NCBI GenBank assembly: GCA_019057385.1
Contig: JAHQJS010000005.1
Span: forward strand, 320,799-384,798
Source of the DNA: Candidatus Borrarchaeum weybense
Lineage (GTDB): Archaea; Asgardarchaeota; Sifarchaeia; Borrarchaeales; Borrarchaeaceae
Reading direction: 5' to 3'
Length of the DNA stretch: 64,000 nt
Positions 61,005-64,000 of this stretch are shown piece after piece. The first letter of the stretch is position 1; every line of letters starts with the position of its first letter. The position numbers and the translations under genes were made by a program. The notes beneath the pieces were generated by a model, which did no database searches, was not told the DNA's origin, and saw nothing but the letters and a program-made list of their open reading frames with translations.

Positions 61005-61296
61005 ACTCTCACACGCTCCCCAAAGCAGATTTCATTTTAAGAACTTCACTCAAGGCTTAAATAATGATGAACTCAAAAAATACGTTTATTATACAGAGTT
61101 CTCCCCAATTCCTCGTTACAATAACGCACTTCAGGTCACAGGATTTCATATGAATTATTCTTTTGATAAAAATATGTATGTGTCATTCGTACATTTATAT
61201 TTTAAGATTTGTATTATTTTATGATTTAAAAAAAGTCAACGATAAGTCTACTTCAATGAGTAAATAAAGGGAATACGAAACGGAATTTCAAAAAAT

Positions 61297-61845
61297 TTAG
61301 ACTTCCTTAAACTCAATGATTGCTTCGCAGTATGGGTCTCCCCATGTCAATGTCTTCACGAGCTTATAAGTTAACTTAGGATTAACTGCCCTTAGTCCCT
61401 CTTCGCACCATGCTTGATGCCCTGCAGGACAAACCCAAAGTTCTGGATCTATATGACGCTCATTATATCTTTCCGACCATGGACACTTTGTCCTTCTTAG
61501 TACAGCTCTTTTTGGGTTTGCCTCGACTAGTTCAAACTTGTACTCGGGTCCACCCATTAAGGTTACAGCAACGATGAGCAATTTAACCGCACCTATAGCA
61601 TCATCAGCAGGTATGTTGAATCTTTCCTTAACCATTGGAAAAACTCTCTGTGCTCCTCTACCCATTATCTTTGCTTGAATCTCATTATATTTTTCATAAC
61701 CCATAACAGGCGAGATGATACCTTCCCCTTCTCCCAAAAGAGGTGCTGTAGTTTTCGATCCTCTCAACATTGTGAATCCAGTAAGAGTTTTTGCCGTTAT
61801 TTCCCAACATTTCTGAGTCGGGATCTTCTTCAGTAGTTCTGCCAT
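61297..61845 (-). CDS. V4R/ATC-hydrolase-like domain protein (long subfamily)
   Basis: TKCPWS, CPAGH and WGDPYCE. Confidence 0.8.
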   Translation of the reverse strand: MAELLKKIPTQKCWEITAKTLTGFTMLRGSKTTAPLLGEGEGIISPVMGYEKYNEIQAKIMGRGAQRVFPMVKERFNIPADDAIGAVKLLIVAVTLMGGPEYKFELVEANPKRAVLRRTKCPWSERYNERHIDPELWVCPAGHQAWCEEGLRAVNPKLTYKLVKTLTWGDPYCEAIIEFKEV

Positions 61846-62125
61846 CCCCTATCACTTTTTTAGAAACTATGATTTGTTATATATTCTGATATCAAATATA
61901 TAATGTCTCTTCTATTCACTCTATTGGCACGGCCTAAAGAAAAATGCCATGTCGAATAGGTTGTTATATAAATGTGGAGGTTCTAGGCTCACTGAGGCAA
62001 TAGAAATCGAAACCAAATACGGCTAGAACAACTTAACCAAAAATTTAAAAATTCTAACAAAATGGATACTCTTAAATCTTGCTTGTACCTCAATGCAAAG
62101 ATGTGTACAAAAAATACTAAAAAAT

Positions 62126-62300
62126 GGGCCCGTGGCTCAATCTTCGTAACATTCTATGTGTACGAAGAGGCGAAGCTTGGTTAGAGCGCACGGCTGATAA
62201 CCGTGAGATCATGTCCCCATAATGCGGGATGTTAGCGGATGTCGTGGGTTCGAATGATAGAAGTCCGGTGCTTCATCCGAAATTCCCACCGGGCCCACCA
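62126..62300 (+). tRNA. tRNA-Ile(GAT) with three introns: 62140-62174 (14/15), ~62207-62240 (variable region), 62255-62283 (59/60)
   Basis: GGGCCCG/CGGGCCC-A-CCA and CACGG-CT-GAT-AA-CCGTG; each insert is a hairpin with BHB-like junctions. Confidence 0.9.
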
Positions 62301-62329
62301 CTTATTTTCAAGAGATTTATGATTATTAT

Positions 62330-62854
62330 CTATTTTCCTTTCATCTTAAAAAAAAGCCAATTCACATCTCTTTTTTCGCCTTTTCTTGGCTTCAGTTTGA
62401 TAAGAACATATCCACCTCTAAGCTTGTCTCCACTAATATTAACTTCTATCTTTGTATCAGTTTTTTTAATTAACTTAAAACTCCCCCTATCCCATATCTC
62501 AACGCTACCCGCTCCATATTCGCCTTCGGGGATGATTCCACTAAAAGTCGCATACTCTATTGGATGATCCTCAGTTTGAACAGCGAGTCGTTTAACCCCT
62601 GTGTTCAGAGGTGGTTCTTTTGGGATTGCCCAGCTTTTTAATACACCGTCAAATTCCAAACGGAAATCGTAATGTAAATGGCTTGCATCATGCTTTTGAA
62701 TTACATAAATTGGCTCATCGTTTTCCCTTTTTTCAACAGGTTTAGGCGGTGGCTCTGAAGTCTTCTTAAAATCTCTTTTCTCTAGATATTTATCCAATGG
62801 TTTGGTGGTCTTTTTTTTGAACCCTTCTTCTTCTAGATATTTATCCAGTGTCAT
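62330..62854 (-). CDS. Stand-alone DNA 3'-phosphoesterase (LigD PE domain)
   Basis: [33 protein letters not shown] and YGAG.V.IWD.G. Confidence 0.92.
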   Translation of the reverse strand: MTLDKYLEEEGFKKKTTKPLDKYLEKRDFKKTSEPPPKPVEKRENDEPIYVIQKHDASHLHYDFRLEFDGVLKSWAIPKEPPLNTGVKRLAVQTEDHPIEYATFSGIIPEGEYGAGSVEIWDRGSFKLIKKTDTKIEVNISGDKLRGGYVLIKLKPRKGEKRDVNWLFFKMKGK

Positions 62855-62891
62855 TCCTATCCCCTAATCCCTGCAAGTACGTCCCTATAAA

Positions 62892-63539
62892 CTAAATATT
62901 TGCGGAGGGACATAGTTCTCGCACAACACACTTATTATGTTCTGGCTTTTTTGCATGACAAATCTTTCTCCCGTGATCTATAATCATATATGTAAATTGA
63001 AACCACTCTTTTTTTGGAATAATTGCCATTAAATCTTGCTCTATCTTGTCGGGGTTTTTGTTTTTCGTCAGCCCCAACCTTTGCGAAAGTCTCTTTACAT
63101 GTGTATCGACTGCAATCCCTTCAATTTTTCCAAAAGCATTTGAAATCACTATATTAGCAGTTTTCCGAGCCACACCTGGTAAAGATATTAGCCCCTCCAT
63201 AGTATCAGGAACGTTTCCATCAAACTTTTCTATTATGAGTTTACATGCCTCTTGAAGATATTTTGCCTTATTGCGATAGAATCCGGTCGGACGTATATCG
63301 TTTTCAAGCTCGGTTCGATCCGCCTCAGCATAATCACGTGCTGTTTTATATTTTTTAAATAAATCTTTTGTAACTTCATTCACTTTAACATCTGTAGCTT
63401 GGGTGGAGAGAATCGTTGCGATTAACATTTCTAGAGGATTTGAGAAGTTTAGAGCGACAGTTGGCTTGGGATATTCTTTCTTCAATAATTTTAGGATTTC
63501 CTTAATCCTTTCGTTCTCATCCATGTCCTTCATCTTCAT
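62892..63539 (-). CDS. nth: Endonuclease III
   Basis: LIATILS.Q.TD..VN, LPGVARKTAN and VDTHV.R. Confidence 0.95.
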   Translation of the reverse strand: MKMKDMDENERIKEILKLLKKEYPKPTVALNFSNPLEMLIATILSTQATDVKVNEVTKDLFKKYKTARDYAEADRTELENDIRPTGFYRNKAKYLQEACKLIIEKFDGNVPDTMEGLISLPGVARKTANIVISNAFGKIEGIAVDTHVKRLSQRLGLTKNKNPDKIEQDLMAIIPKKEWFQFTYMIIDHGRKICHAKKPEHNKCVVRELCPSANI

Positions 63540-63685
63540 CTCCTCTTTAAATATGAAGTAAAAACAACTATTTAGGTCGGATTATATCAGCTAAATAGGA
63601 TAAAATCATTGTGTAATGTATATAGAGAGTACTATTGTATAAGCCAAAAATAATGATGTGAATAAAATATTTTTGAAAAAAATTG

Positions 63686-63838
63686 CTATTTTTTGTGTTT
63701 TTCCTCGAAAGTATCTGCACAACTTGCACAGCAAAATACGTATTCTTCTCCATCGATTACTCTCTTTTCATTAGCAAACACGCACTTTTCATCATCCATC
63801 TCGACTCCACAATCTCCGCATCGAATAAATTTCACCAT
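63686..63838 (-). CDS. Small TRASH/YHS-like metal-binding protein (50 aa)
   Basis: MVKFIRCGDCG...IDGEEYVFCCASC; GGAGG upstream. Confidence 0.7.
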   Translation of the reverse strand: MVKFIRCGDCGVEMDDEKCVFANEKRVIDGEEYVFCCASCADTFEEKHKK

Positions 63839-64000
63839 TAAAAAGCCTCCAATCTTCTTGATTCCTAGGTTTATTTATCGCTCTATACTGTTTTCGCATT
63901 TTTATTTGTAAAGTTATAGGCATAAAAAATTAAAACTCATCATTCAATAGCAGATTTGTTGCTTAATTAGCTCATCTTTTCAGCGATTGTTAGTCAAAGA

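Overview
Archaeal chromosomal window, probably Asgard lineage. This is inferred from the archaeal rRNAs, tRNAs and RNase P RNA, a longin-like gene and large 23S expansion segments. Layout: (1) 0.3-8.2 kb, housekeeping and ribosome-biogenesis genes (pfkA, mtnP, RPA32-like, aIF2-beta, DUF424, NMD3, aIF1A, RIO1, Dim2/Pno1, an epimerase). (2) 8.4-10.4 kb, a tRNA cluster with up to three introns per tRNA. (3) 11.8-19.5 kb, a 16S-23S operon interrupted by 19 introns (7 in 16S, 12 in 23S) with bulge-helix-bulge (BHB) junctions I paired by hand. It includes a PD-(D/E)xK-like nuclease intron whose stop codon arises only on intron circularisation, and two introns stacked at one 23S site. (4) 19.5-26.8 kb, an accessory islet: HEPN gene and free-standing LAGLIDADG nuclease between two copies of the 23S 3' trailer, plus toxin-antitoxin genes. 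(5) 27-39 kb, RNase P RNA, tsr3, initiator tRNA, an AAA/VWA pair and duplicated MetE-like genes. (6) 39-62 kb, eleven paralogs of a V4R/ATC-hydrolase-like Cys/His domain among metabolic genes (Re-citrate synthase, icd, gdhA). One subfamily forms cassettes, each led by a conserved GCGCC-GAGGAGG-GGCGC hairpin. The two cluster heads share a covarying ~110-nt leader RNA, a candidate new archaeal cis-regulatory system. A 251-bp IS200/IS605 derivative sits in the last cassette. All calls are by eye without database searches, and E. coli-equivalent positions are approximate.
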